NCBI RefSeq assembly: GCF_006345805.1
Contig: NC_042997.1
Coordinates: forward strand, 131,626,001 to 131,690,000
Length of the DNA: 64,000 nt
From: Octopus sinensis
Taxonomy: Eukaryota
Direction of reading: 5' to 3'
A model generated the notes under the pieces. It had not been told where the DNA came from. It searched no databases and saw nothing but the letters and a program-made list of their open reading frames with translations. Made by a program: the position numbers and the translations under genes. Below, piece after piece: positions 51,600-64,000 of the stretch. Each line of letters starts with the position of its first letter. The first letter of the stretch is position 1.

Positions 51600-52090
51600 A
51601 ATGGCCCTTATAATTGAAGAAGAACAGAAAAAAGTGTGATCAAGGATTCCAGTCAGAAGGATGAGTGATGGTAAGTAAGAGGAGAGGATTGTGGTGTATG
51701 GTTGGGAGCAGAGGAGAAAGAAGGGATTAGAAACAGGAATGATTGAGAAAAAAGGAGGGTTGTTTGAAAGTTGATAGGATGGTTGTGTAAGTGATGTTTA
51801 GGGCTATCCAGCATTAAAAGGAGTGGTCGTGGGCAGAAAGTGTAAAGGAAAGGGACCAGGAAGGGAGCAATAGTCTAGGATGAAGAAGAAGAATCCTGAG
51901 AGATTTAGTGTGGGGAGGTTGATGAGGAAAGATGAGAAGAGGTGTTGAGGAGATAGAGAAACTGTATCAGAAAGGTCACTGAGAGAAATGGAAGCAAAGG
52001 ATGAAGGGCAAGATGATGATGCTGGATGGCATCATAAAGGTAAGAAGAAGACAAAAAATGAAGGGTGAATGCTGCACAAGCATCCAAGGT
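51600..52090 (-). pseudogene. possible Penelope-like element relic
   Basis: Degenerate HP.L..SVTFL and PLLLTYH motifs on the minus strand; heavily decayed. Confidence 0.35.
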
Positions 52091-52515
52091 GTCTAGCAAT
52101 TAATTCTCAGAAAATACTCCTAGTCTCGTTTTAAAATAATCTTTGGGTTATAACTTCTTGAGAATATATGGAGATCTAACAACTGAAGAGCTGCAATTTT
52201 GATCTAATTGGGTTTCATCAGTTTCACTATGGCTATGGCTATTCTCTAAATTAAACTGTTTATAAGCCATCATTATCTGTAATAAATCATCAGCCTTGCC
52301 AATTAGTGTTGGAATAAAATTATGTAATGCACCATTAAACATATAATATAATGCTGTATAATCTATTCTGAAATATACTTTCCTGTATAGAATTTATTAA
52401 TTCATATGGTCTATAATGTTTTATTTAATTCTGCGAAGAAACAAATATTGCACACAAGACATCAAATGAAAGTCTCTACATGGATTTTTGATCTGCTAGA
52501 AATAGCAGCCAGGTA

Positions 52516-52925
52516 AGGCGGTGAGCTGGCAGAAACGTTAGCAAAGGCGGTGAGCTGGCAGAAACGTTAGCACGCCGGGCGAAATACTTAGCAGTATTTC
52601 ATCTGCCGCTACATTCTGAGTTCAAATTCTGCTGAGGTCGACTTTGCCTTTCATCCTTTCGGGGTTGATTAAATAAGTACCAATTACGCATTGGGGTCGA
52701 TGTAATTGACTTAATCCGTTTGTCTGTCCTTGTTTGTCCCTATTTCATCTGCCGCTACATTCTGAGATCAAATTCTGCCGAGGTCGACTTTGCCTTTCAT
52801 CCTTTTGGGGTCGATAACTTAAGTACCAGTTACGCACTGGGGTCGATGTAATTGACTTAATCCGTTTGTCTGTCCTTGTTTGTCCCCTCTATGTTTAGCC
52901 CATTTAGCCAATGAAGAAATAAGTA
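52516..52925 (+). mobile_element. SINE family 4 with duplicated head and duplicated body
   Basis: GGCGGTGAGCTGGCAGAAACGTTAGCA twice, body twice with a different junction from the 8191 and 38706 copies. Confidence 0.85.
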
Positions 52926-53419
52926 ATAGCAGCCAGATGGCCTTCAAATAACAAATTGGGCAGATAAGGCAAGTAAAGAGTACACCATGCATTAGGATTT
53001 CAAAGCAAAGCTGCTTTCAAAGCTTGAACTTTAAATCTTTGAGTTTTCTGTGAAGGTCTTCTCCTTCCCCACAAAAAATACTTAAATACAAAAAATAAAG
53101 ACTCAAGTACCATACATCTACTTGGTCAAAGCTGAGCTAGAGGTAAATAACAAGGGAAACAACAAATATTACAGACAGTATTGAATTGTTAAAAGAAGCC
53201 AGTTCTAAAGTTAAAGTGTTATAAAGTTCCTGGCACATGACAGCATCATGTCTCAACTTTCAGCATAATGTCAGATAAACTGAAGTACAAACTAAAATAT
53301 AAAACTGACTTGTAATTATAACATAAAAAGGGATTAATTTTATTTTAGTAAAAACTGGCAAAATCAATTACTTGGTCTATTAAACTTGTTTTTCTCATTT
53401 TTTTTTTTGCTTGCCCTTG

Positions 53420-53773
53420 GATCGTAGAGTGACCTGCTGTTCTTGAGGAGACCTATTGAGTCAAGTATGTCAACATCAAAATAAAAATCAAATGGAAATT
53501 GCAGTTAAGATACCCATGCCGGTGACACGTAAAAAGCACCATCCGATCGTGGTCGTTTGCCAGCCTCCTCTGGCCCCTGTGCCGGTGACATGTAAAAAGC
53601 ACCCACTACACTCACAGAGTGGTTGGCATTAGGAAGGGCATCCAGCTGTAGAAATGTAGAAACACTGCCAGATCAGACTGGAGCCTGGTGCATCCTCCTG
53701 GCTTCCCAGATCCCGGTCGAACCTTCCAACGCATGCCAGCATGGAAAACAGACGTTAAACGATGATGATGATG
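53420..53773 (+). mobile_element. repeat family 6 (RTE-tail), sense copy
   Basis: Ends GCATGGAAAACAGACGTTAAAC(GAT)n; partial copies near 23853, 51385, 54780 and 58915. Confidence 0.8.
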
Positions 53774-55261
53774 AATTCAAACCTTTACTGTAAACTCATA
53801 GATTAAAAGTTCAAACTTTGAAAGCGACTTTGCTTTTATGTCTTATGGCATGATATAGTATTTGTTATTTACCTTATCTGTTCAAATTGTTAATATACAT
53901 CATCACTACCATCATTTTAGGGTCCTCTTTTCAATGCTTGCATAGGTCAGACAGAATTCATTGAGACAGATTTTTTTACAGCTGGATGACCTTCCTGTCA
54001 TGAACCCTCACCTGTTTTCATGTAGAGTAATATTTCCCCTTGGCCAGACATGTTTCCATGGAAAACGAAATGAATGACACCACCTGTAATACAGTGTCGC
54101 TTGTTTACAACTATTTTGCAATGTCAAGGCAAGGATACACACACCATCATAATTCTAATGTCCAGTTTTCCATGCTTCCATGGCAGATTTTCTTTAGCTG
54201 GATGCCTTTCCTGTTACCAACACTTACCTATTTCCCATGGCTAGACATGCTTTTGCAGAATATTGAAAATGAACGACACTGCTTGTATGACAGTGACACT
54301 CGTTTACAATTCTCATGTGATATTAAATGAAGGACATACTCATACACATATATGATGGGCTTCCTTCTGCCTACCAAATCCACTTACAAGGATTTAGTCA
54401 ACCCAGAACTATAGCAGAAGACACTTATCAAAGGTGCTACACAATGGGACTGAACCTGAATCCATCTGGCTGGGGAACAAACTTCTTAATCACCCAACCA
54501 TTTTATTTTTTGAAATTGGCAGAATAGAAGAAATAGTTAGAACACTAAACTAAATGCCTTTTAGTATTTAGTTCCATAGTTCAAATTTTCTGACTTCAAA
54601 CCCTAATGAGGCCCACTTTGTCTTTCTTTCATCCCTTCTAAGTTGATAAATTAAGAATTTCAGTTGATGATTTGATGTTATTTGTCTTCCAATGAAAAAG
54701 GCAACAACTCAAGAAGACCAGCCTCCACCAATTTTCCAATACACTGCGACATATATATACTGAAAATATATAACCATTTCAATTTAATCATGACATTGAC
54801 AATCATTTACAACTACATGCAGTGTCAGGAGGCACACAGGCTTCTGTCACCATCAAACATTTGTTTTCCATACAAGCATAGGTTAGACAGTTTGATAGGA
54901 GCTGGCCAGCTGAAGAGCTGTCCAGGCTCCACTTGTCTGTTTTGACATGGTTTCTACAGCTACATGTCCTTCCTAATGCCAGCCACTTTACAGAGAATAC
55001 TGAGTGCTCCCTGTGTGATACTGGCACAGGTTTTTTATATGTGGTACAGATGTTTTATATGTGGCACAGGTTCTTTATATGTAGCATTTTGCATGACACC
55101 AGCATGGGTGTTTTTATGTGATGCCAGCACCTATGAGCCCACGAGACAATGACCTCTTGGCTGACATAGGGATGTAGCTGGCCCAGAGCTATAGTAGAAG
55201 ACACCCAATATGTCATATGGTGGGACGGAACTCAGAATCATGTCACTGGAAAACAAACTTC

Positions 55262-55483
55262 TTATTTCTTTATTGCCCACAAGAGGCTAAACATAGAGGG
55301 GACAAACAAGGACAGACAAAGGGATTAAGTTGATTAAGTGTGTAACTGATACTTAATTTATCAACCCAGAAAGGATAAAAGGCAAAGTCGATCTTGGTGG
55401 AATTTGAACTCAGAACGTAGCAGCAGACGAAATACCGCTAAGCATTTCGCCCGGCGTGCTAACGTTTCTGCCAGCTCACCGCC
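55262..55483 (-). mobile_element. SINE family 4
   Basis: Collinear reverse copy. Confidence 0.9.
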
Positions 55484-55633
55484 TCAATAAAAATGGAACG
55501 CTTCATAAATTTGCGTGTCATTCTTGCGCAGGGGCCATGCTCATCTTCTCTGTATTGTACCAATTTTAGTATATGTATTGCCAAAGCAATACATATACTA
55601 AAATTTAAACTTCTTATCACACAACAACACCTA

Positions 55634-55694
<61 letters not shown>

Positions 55695-56752
55695 CCTTTA
55701 GGTCTGATACCTTCTACACTGTCACAATACATCTCTAGAATTTATGACCCTACTTTGTATCTGTATATACTTATTTTTTTACATCTTTCCTTTTTTATAT
55801 TTTGTACTTACTATTATCCTGTATAATCATGTTTAGATTTATACATATACTTCTTCCTCTTTGTGATCCCAACTTCATTAAAGAGCCACCTCCTCCCTCT
55901 TTCTCTCAACATCCAACCCACCTCATTTTTTATCAACTGAAAATACGGTATGGACGTTTTGTTTTGGTGTCTCGCTATGCCATATACGACTATGAGGAGT
56001 TACTTTCCTAATGAAACTCGATTTTTTCCCATACTTCTTCTCAAACCTGCTATAATGTAATACATGTCTTTGGTGTGGTAATTGTACACGGCTGAAGAAG
56101 GCTGTTGACCTACAGGTTATATCAACTATGCATTGATATAAATTGCTCAATAAAGCCAGAAACATATGTACCGCTAAATCCTTTGGATCCTGTTTTTTTC
56201 TTTTGATAAATATATATATATATATATACATACATAGTGAAGCTGTAGTTGCATTCTACCAGTTCTGCTGCCTCAAATGCTTTTGTAATGAAAAGTCTCA
56301 AAGCCTGAAATATATACAAAGGAAGCAAATTGGCATCATTACAGTATTGGATAAAATGCTTTGTGGTATCTGTTCTGACTCAATGTTGAAACCTTGTTGG
56401 AGCCAACTTTGCTTTTTGTCCTTATGAATGGATTGATAAAATACCAATCTAATGTATTTTATCTTCTCAGAACAGATGCTTTGTATTATTTGTTCTGTTT
56501 TTTTTTTTGTATTCTGAGTTCAAATCTTGCTGTAGCCTATGTGGCTGATAGATATAATTTTTTGCTTGGTTCAATGCCACTGTCTGGCACCTTGAAAATG
56601 CACTTTAGCAATGCCCACTATGTTGCAAGAATTCAAACCAGGTCTTGTTTTAAGAATGCCTGCTCCTACATGTCCCAGAGTCAAAGAGCCTGCCTTCTCT
56701 CCTGACTAAAAGATGGGCAACAGAATATTACTGTAAGACTGATAGAATATAT

Positions 56753-57154
56753 TACTCTTACTCTTTACTCTTTTACTTGTTTCAGTCATTTGACTGTGGC
56801 CATGCTGGTGCACTGCCTTTAGTCGACCAAATCAACCCCAGGACTTATTCTTTGTAAGCCTAGTACTTATTCGATCGGTCTCCTTTGCCGGGGACATAAC
56901 CACACCAGCATCGGATGTTGGGGGGACAAAACACAGATACACAAACGCACACACACACATACATATATATATATATACACACACACACATATGATAGGCT
57001 TCTTTCAATTTCCATCTATCAAATCCATTCACAAGGTTTTGGTTGGCCCGAGGCTATAGTAGAAGACACTTGCCCAAGGTCCCACGCAGTGGGACTGAAC
57101 CCAGAACCTTCTGGTTCGGAAGCAAGCTACTTACCACGCAGCCACTCCTACGCC
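56753..57154 (-). mobile_element. SINE family 1, full length
   Basis: Collinear reverse copy. Confidence 0.9.
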
Positions 57155-57759
57155 TAATATTGTTGAAGTCTGTTTTAGAAATAGAAGTTGATTGGCAAAG
57201 GTGGTGGTGGTGGTGGTTGTAGTAATAATTCTGATGGTGGGAGAGGTTGTAGTAGTAGTCATGTGGTGGTGGTGGTGGTGATGTCGGTGGCAGTGGTGGT
57301 AACGGTGTCAAACATTCTAAAAAGGTAACCTGAATAATAAAATGAAGATTTTTGAAAATGAGATATGTGGGTGGAATTGCATTGGTTAGAAAGGGATAGT
57401 AGGGGAGAGGATGCAGAGGAAGGAAGTATTGAAACAGAGATTGTAGAAAGTGGTACAAAGGGGTAACAGTTGGGTGGGGGGTAGGGGTAAAGTTTTTAAA
57501 AAGAAATTTTCACTCTAACATTGTACAAAAAAAATGTTGCAAAAAGAACAATAGAGTTGAATTTGACAGAATTTTACTTTTTATTTTACTATTTATATTT
57601 CGTGTAGTGTGTGTGTGTAACTGGTGTTTCCATAATGGCAATTGTCCTGGAAGAGATAAGGGAAAAATCCAATTCTGTTTATCTGTTTTTCTTTCTTTCT
57701 CTCTTCACTTGCTCAGTAACAATAGAGTGCTGAAAAAATTGTAGTGTGGAAGGAGAGAG

Positions 57760-58100
57760 AGAGGGAGAAAGAAAGAGAGAGAGAGAGGAGAATAAATTAA
57801 CAAGTGTGAGATGGGGTGGAACGGAGATAAAAGAAAGAAGCAATATATGTTAAAATAGAGAGATGGGATTTTATTTTAAATATTATTTTATTATTATTGA
57901 GAAGATGAGGATGGATGTGATAAAGAAGAAGGATAAGTGGAGAAAAAAATAAAAATAAAAAGGGTAGATATAGCAAAAATATAAGAGAGAGAAAGAGGAG
58001 ATGAGAGAAATTGGATTAATAGGAGGGGTAGAGGTGGTAAAAGAAGGAGAAAAAGAGAGTGTATGTATGAAAGAGGGATAGTGAAGGAGACATAATTAAT
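57760..58100. repeat. GA-rich low complexity
   Basis: Direct inspection. Confidence 0.85.
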
Positions 58101-58280
58101 TCAAGAATACAATACAATATAGCTGTATAGTTTACAAGCTTCTGAATAAGCAACAGATAACATTGTTGAGGGAGTTTAGCATTACAATTGGTATTATTAA
58201 GTGTTCATTTTTCTGTGCCAGTCATTGTTTAAAGCTGCTCTGTTAGATTGGATTGGTTCTTTTTGTTTTAACTTTCTTAG

Positions 58281-58366
58281 TCCTTGTGGAAGGAAACATT
58301 GAAACATTGAATAGTGTAGCCCTAGATATACTGTGTCTGAATAAAAGATACACTGATCATAGCTAG
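58281..58366 (+). CDS. candidate alternative last exon (VLVEGNIETLNSVALDILCLNKRYTDHS*), phase 1
   Basis: TTCTTTTTGTTTTAACTTTCTTAG acceptor; 27 open codons in the exon-C frame. Confidence 0.4.
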
Positions 58367-58510
58367 CTAGAACACTTGAACATGTCTGCTTGCTCAGGGC
58401 TGATATGGGGCTAAACAATAACATCAATATTCTGTGGTTTACTTTTTCAAAAATACTCACTAGTATGCTTGTACAATCTCACTGGTTCTGTTAATGCTAT
58501 CATCATTATT

Positions 58511-58735
58511 GAGCTGGCAGAAATGTTAGCGCGCCGGGCAAAATGCTTAGCGGTATTTTGTCTGTCGTTACGTTCTGAGTTCAAATTCTGCCGAGGTCGA
58601 CTTTGCCTTTCATCCTTTCAGGTTCAATAAATAAAGTACCAGTTTCGCACTGGGGTCGATGTAATCGACTTAATCCCTTTGTCTGTCCTTGTTTGTCCCC
58701 TCTATGTTTAGCCCCTTGTGGGCAGTAAAGAAATA
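58511..58735 (+). mobile_element. SINE family 4
   Basis: Collinear. Confidence 0.9.
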
Positions 58736-58739
58736 TATT

Positions 58740-58916
58740 TTAACCCTTTCGTTACCAACCCGGCTGAAACCGGCTCTGGCTCTGAGTACAAATGTCTTTG
58801 AATTAAAATCTTCCACCAAACCTTAGTCGCAAATTATGTTCCTAACACTAGCTGAATGATAACCAAGTTATTTTACTAAATTCTTTGTAAAATAAATACG
58901 TTAACGAAAGGGTTGA
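58740..58916. mobile_element. piggyBac-like MITE family 2, internally deleted
   Basis: TTAA-CCCTTTCGTTAC...AACGAAAGGG-TTGA. Confidence 0.8.
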
Positions 58917-59385
58917 TGTCCACTTTTCCATGCCAGCATGGCATGCTGCTGGCACCACATCACCATGCCAGCACCATATAAAAAGCACCGATGCCAGTAC
59001 TATGTGATAAGCACCCAGCAGACTCTCTAAGATGGTTGGCATAAGGAAGGGCATTCAGACGAAGAAACCAAGCTGAATCAAACTGGAACCTGGTGCAGCT
59101 GGCCAGATTTGTTCAAACCATCCAAAGGATGCCAGCATGGAAAAAAAAAAACATGTTAAATGGTGATGATGATGAGGACTTTTCTATGCCTGCCTGAGTC
59201 AGAATAATTCATTGAGGATGCAGATCTTTCTTTGGCTGGATGCCAGTCCTCACTGGTCATATTTCCCCATGGCCAAGCATGTTTTCATGGAAAATTGGAA
59301 AAGGACACACATTGTATGATAGTGATGCTCATTTACAACTGTTGCATGATGTCAAGACAATGAGACAAGTTTACACATGCATGCA

Positions 59386-59417
<32 letters not shown>

Positions 59418-59419
<2 letters not shown>

Positions 59420-59790
59420 GGAGACACAATGACCCAGTGGTTAGGGCAGCAGACTTGTGGTCATAGGATCGCGGTTTTGATTCCCAAACTGGGCGTTGTG
59501 AGTGTTTATTGAGCGAAAACACCTCAAGTTCCACAAGACTCTGGCAAGGGATGATGGTGAACCCTCTTTCACCACAACTTTCTCTCACTCTTTCTTCCTG
59601 TTTCTGTTGTACCTGTATGTCAAAGGGCCAACCTTGTCACACTCTGTGTCATGCTGAATCTCCCTGAGTACTACGTTAAGGGTACACGTGTCTGTGGAGT
59701 GCTTAGCCACTTGCATGTTAATTTCACGAGCGGGCTGTTCTGTTGATCAGATCAACTGGAACCCTCGTCGTCATAACTGACAGAGTGCCA
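59418..59790 (+). mobile_element. SINE family 3
   Basis: Collinear with 45501-45879. Confidence 0.85.
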
Positions 59791-59960
59791 TTAATTTAAT
59801 ACATACACGCACACACACACACAGGGTGGCACATGAAAAAGTAGCCTAGACTACATATCATAGTGAAAATACAGAAATAAATTTACACACATAATGACCC
59901 TTGCAAATGAAAGGTTGTGTGCTTTTTCATGTGTGTAAATTTATTTCTATATTTACACTA

Positions 59961-60253
59961 GGCGTAGGAGTGGCTGTGTGGTAAGTAGCTTGCTTACGAA
60001 CCACATGGTTCTGGTTTCAGTCCCATTGCGTGGCACCTTGGGCAAATGTCTTCTACTATAGCCTCAGGCCAACCAAAGCCTTGTGAGTCGGATTTGGTAG
60101 ACAGAAACTGAAAGAAGCCTGTCGTATATATATATATATATATCCACGTGACCGACCAGACCATCAGATGTTGTTACACATCGCTGGTCACAATGCGTTC
60201 GCATTGTTTTAGCCTTCGAATGACGCCACCCAGCTGGCTAAGCGAGCAGGCCA

Positions 60254-60312
<59 letters not shown>

Positions 60313-60328
60313 CATATATACATATATG

Positions 60329-60391
<63 letters not shown>

Positions 60392-60603
60392 TTGTATGTG
60401 TTTGTGTGTCTGTCTTTGTCCCCCTCAACATTCGCTTGTCAAGCGATACTGGTGTTTACATCCCTGTAACTTAGTGGTTTGGCAAAAAGGCAGATAGAAT
60501 AAGTACTAGGATTCCAAAGAATAAGTCCTGCGGTCGATTTGCTCGACTAAAGGCGGTGCTCCAGCATGGCCACAGTCAAATGACTGAAACAAGTAAAAGA
60601 GTA
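59961..60603 (+). mobile_element. SINE family 1 with expanded (TA)n and nested insertion
   Basis: Full head and tail; 109-bp foreign segment at 60145-60253. Confidence 0.9.
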
Positions 60604-62765
60604 TGCCACAGAACCCAGGTTACTTTTTTGTGCATCACACATACACATATGTTTGATGGGCTTCTTTTAGGTTCTTTCTACCAAACCCACTCGCAAAGGT
60701 TTGGTTGGTTTAGGGTTATGGCAGATGTCATTTTCCCAATGTGCCATACAATGGGACTGAACCCAAAACCACATGGTTGGGACATGTCTACTCCTTCGAA
60801 TTGTTTTATCATAAATCATTTTTCCGATAACTCGATAACTTCCTTTTAAAAAAAATTCTGACCATTAATTAGACTTGTTTTCTACTGAGAAATTCAAAGA
60901 GCAGGCCTGGCATGAAGACTCAGTGTAAGCCTTTAATTCTTAAATCCCTGTTTACTTAGCTTTTTATAGCTTTAACTAATTATTTAACAGATCTTGTTTA
61001 CTTAAATAGTCAGATTTTACACTGTACAACTGCATCTTACCTCAGCATGTCTAAAAAGAAGCCTTTTACTTGTTATATAAGCCTCTGCTCATTAATAGTT
61101 TATACATATATACGACGGGCTTCTTTCAGTTTCTGTCTACCAAATCCACTCACAAGGCTTTGGTCGGCCCGAGGCTACTGTAGAAGAAACTTGCCCAAGG
61201 TGCCATGCAGTGGGACTGAACCTGGGACCATGTGGTTGGTAAGCAAGCTACTTACCACACAGCCACTCCTATGCCTTGTCAAATGATATCTATTAGTTCT
61301 CCTTCATTAGTTATTTTAACTGGAATTTGACCTCATGTGGGGAATAAAATAAAAAGTGATAACTATCAGCTATCTTGACTTCGTTAAGCTACAAAATTTT
61401 CTAGCTAAAGTAGTCACTTTATATGCTAGAAATAGCTGCCAAATCTCTCTCTCAAATCATTTGAACAGTCATAAATCAAGAAGAGTACAATGGATAGTGC
61501 ATTTCTTGATATAAAAAAGAGAAAAAGACTGGTTGGTCACAGTTGGCATACTTTTGATCACAGGTCTTCTCGATCAGAGTTAACCTTGGGTTATACAAAT
61601 ACAAAACCTTTCTTTTCCCTTAGCTTCCCCTTAGGACTTAAGGTTCTTTGGAAATGCATGAAATCATCTCTTCTTGTATGTAGCTTTTACTCCCCAACAC
61701 TAGGTATTCTAAAAGTACTGAAGTACAAGTCTATTTTTAAAACTTTTCCTCCTCCGCCCCCACACTCGAATATATAATTATTCTTTTATCACTATTTCTG
61801 CACATATTTCATATTTGGACAGTTTCATGTCGAACAGAGTGCATTGCTTTTTCCTTCTTTTCCTTGTGAGAGGTGGATGATGGAGAGAAGGCATCTTTCC
61901 TTATCATCCCATTTCATAGTATTTCTTAAGCTTATTTTTATCTTTATCAATTGTCTTATCTGACAAAATATCAGATTTGTTCGCCAGTTATCTTATATTT
62001 TTCTCTCATTCAAATGGACTTTTTTTTTATTTTGGTTTGTCTGCCTATCTATCCTCTCCATTTCACGTCTTGCTCTCTATTTCTTTCTCACACACATAAA
62101 AATGAAAAAAACACACACATACACAGATATGTATACACTAATATGTGTACATGTGTGGGGTTACATGTTTTTATATGTTTTTTTACTTTCACTTTTGCTA
62201 AATCCACATACGTGATGAATATTAAAATGCTTAAGGCAATATTAAGCATTATTACTTAGGTATAGTGTTGTGTGCATATGTATGCATGTAAATATGAATG
62301 GGAGAGAGAGAGAAAAAGAGACTAAGAATTTAAGTGTATGTGTATTTGTAGTAAAATGGAATGAAGACTATTATTGGAGCTACCTGAAATGGCAAGATGC
62401 CATCCATGGAGATAAAGACTTTCTTGTTCATTTTCTGTTAATATTTATTTAGCTATGGTTGAAGAAATCTAGGACACTTTAATGATGACTTATTTAGGAC
62501 AGTTTTGGGTTGCCAATCAGCTTGTTGTGAGTTCAATATTGGCCTAAGGAAAACACTTTCTAGTTTGTAATTTTATTTAGCAGTTTAATATGGTTGTGTA
62601 GTTAAGAAGGTAGTTTTTCAACTACATTGTTTTGGTTTCAGTCCCACTCTGCAGCCCTTTGGACAAGTGTCTTCTATCAATGCCTTCTGGGTGTATTTGG
62701 TAGAGGGAAACTGTGTGGAAGCCTATCTTGATGCAGTCTTCTGACCCATCGTATCTTGTCATGAA

Positions 62766-62990
62766 GGCGGCGAGCTGGCAGAATCGTTAGCACGCTGGGC
62801 GAAATGCTTAGCAGTATTTCATCTGCTGTTACGTTCTGAGTTCAAATTCCACCGAGGTCGACTTTGCCTTTCATCCTTTTGGGGATGATTAAATAAATAC
62901 CAGTTACGTACTGGGGTTGATGTAATCGACTTAATCCCTTTGTCTGTCCTTGTTTGTCCCCTTTATGTTTAGCCCCCTGTGGGCAAAAAA
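62766..62990 (+). mobile_element. SINE family 4
   Basis: Collinear. Confidence 0.9.
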
Positions 62991-63844
62991 AAAATTATTT
63001 TAAATAAATATCTTGTCAAATCATCCATGCTCCATGCAAACTTGTCAAGCCTTCCCCACCCTCTCATTTCTTAGTACCCATCCCTCCATCACTCTTCTAA
63101 CTATTACACTATTCAGCTGCTGTAACTGAGAGTAAAACTACATATTTCACCCTCTTCTGAGCTACTAGTTATTCCTTTCCTTAGAATTAATTCATCTTGG
63201 CATCCATCTCTTGTTCACAGTATCATCCTTTCCACTTTATTTTCCACCAATTACCCTTTCTGTGCAAACAATTATCTCTCTCTTTGCCTTGAACTACATC
63301 TTAGTACTGTCATGTCTCATTCTTAATACCCTCTCATACCTGCCATAACTGCTTCCTCACCTTTGTTAGCCTCCCACTATATCTATCCCTACGTACCTCT
63401 GACCTCCATCTTTGTCACTGCACACTTCTCCCCCTTTCTCTCACTCCCCACTCTTCTTTTATTGCATCTCTGTCTCATGTGTCATCTTATTTCTCATCTA
63501 TCTCCAGTTTTATTATTCTGCTACCTTCTACCCTTTCTAAACTGCCCTTTTATCACTATCTCCTTCTTAAGCCACTTCCATTCTTTTATCACCTTCTTCT
63601 CCAAGCTCATATTCACTTTTGGCCATACCTCCATCCTTATTCACCATTCACTACATTCACCCCTAACTCCATCTCTAACCATCATTAACTCTTCTCTCAC
63701 ATTCTTGAAAACTTATTTTCTCTGCTTTCATAATCCTCCATCCCGCTTCTGTCTTCTACTCATCTTCTTGTACTTTTAGGAAAAACCCTGACACCTTGTT
63801 CCTGCCACTTTTATCTCTATTTCTAGTTACTCCCACCCACCCTT

Positions 63845-64000
63845 ATAGTGTCCCCAAAGCCCATCCCCTCCTCCATGGTGGGGACGCTGGCAACAGGTAG
63901 TATCAGAGCTATGCCGTCGGGAACTTTGGTTCCTGGTAGCGCCACCCAAGGTGGATTGGTCTGACAGTGAGTGGTATTAGGGCCACAACCCGGCAGACGG
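63845..64000 (+). mobile_element. possible LTR end plus tRNA-iMet primer-binding site
   Basis: ...GCTGGCAACA-GG-TAGTATCAGAGC, 1 mismatch to the TGGTATCAGAGC PBS, then abruptly GC/CpG-rich sequence running off the window. Confidence 0.4.

Noticed and set aside
58197-58490. Minus-strand ORF and GTGAGT donor
   Set aside because: No recognisable homology; antisense to a better-supported + strand candidate exon.
58-63779. ORFs in the supplied six-frame track as genes
   Set aside because: Nearly all overlap SINEs, microsatellites (YIYI, HTHT, CVCV) or CT-rich tracts; none resembles a complete protein.
1-64000. CRISPR arrays, rRNA, prokaryotic operons or viral genes
   Set aside because: No repeat-spacer periodicity, rRNA-like sequence or gene-dense coding; tandem units seen are TE-internal.

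Overview
AT-rich, microsatellite-dense eukaryotic genomic DNA with no prokaryotic features and no long ORF. The SINE set and composition suggest a coleoid cephalopod, probably Octopus; this is inference from recalled repeat families, not a search. Much of the window is interspersed repeats: six or more SINE/non-LTR-derived families, RTE and CR1/L2-type LINE relics, piggyBac-, pogo/Tc2-, mariner- and hAT-like MITEs, a Helitron, a Helentron/DINE-like element and a possible LTR/PBS at the right edge. Almost all ORFs in the supplied track are by-products of repeats and low-complexity DNA. Between the repeats are short + strand exons that I read as the 3' end of one large-intron gene I cannot name. 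The model is a set of candidate mutually exclusive small exons (all phase 0->1, 28-46 nt), then a shared 63-nt exon, then several candidate alternative last exons. One last exon ends in a class-I PDZ ligand (PSRV*) and is preceded by a 16-bp RNA hairpin. Other notable items are a candidate recursive splice site, a minimal tRNA-Arg SINE with a covarying tail hairpin, a twin-priming inversion and a 34-bp fold-back hairpin. All exon calls were made by eye and need RNA-seq.
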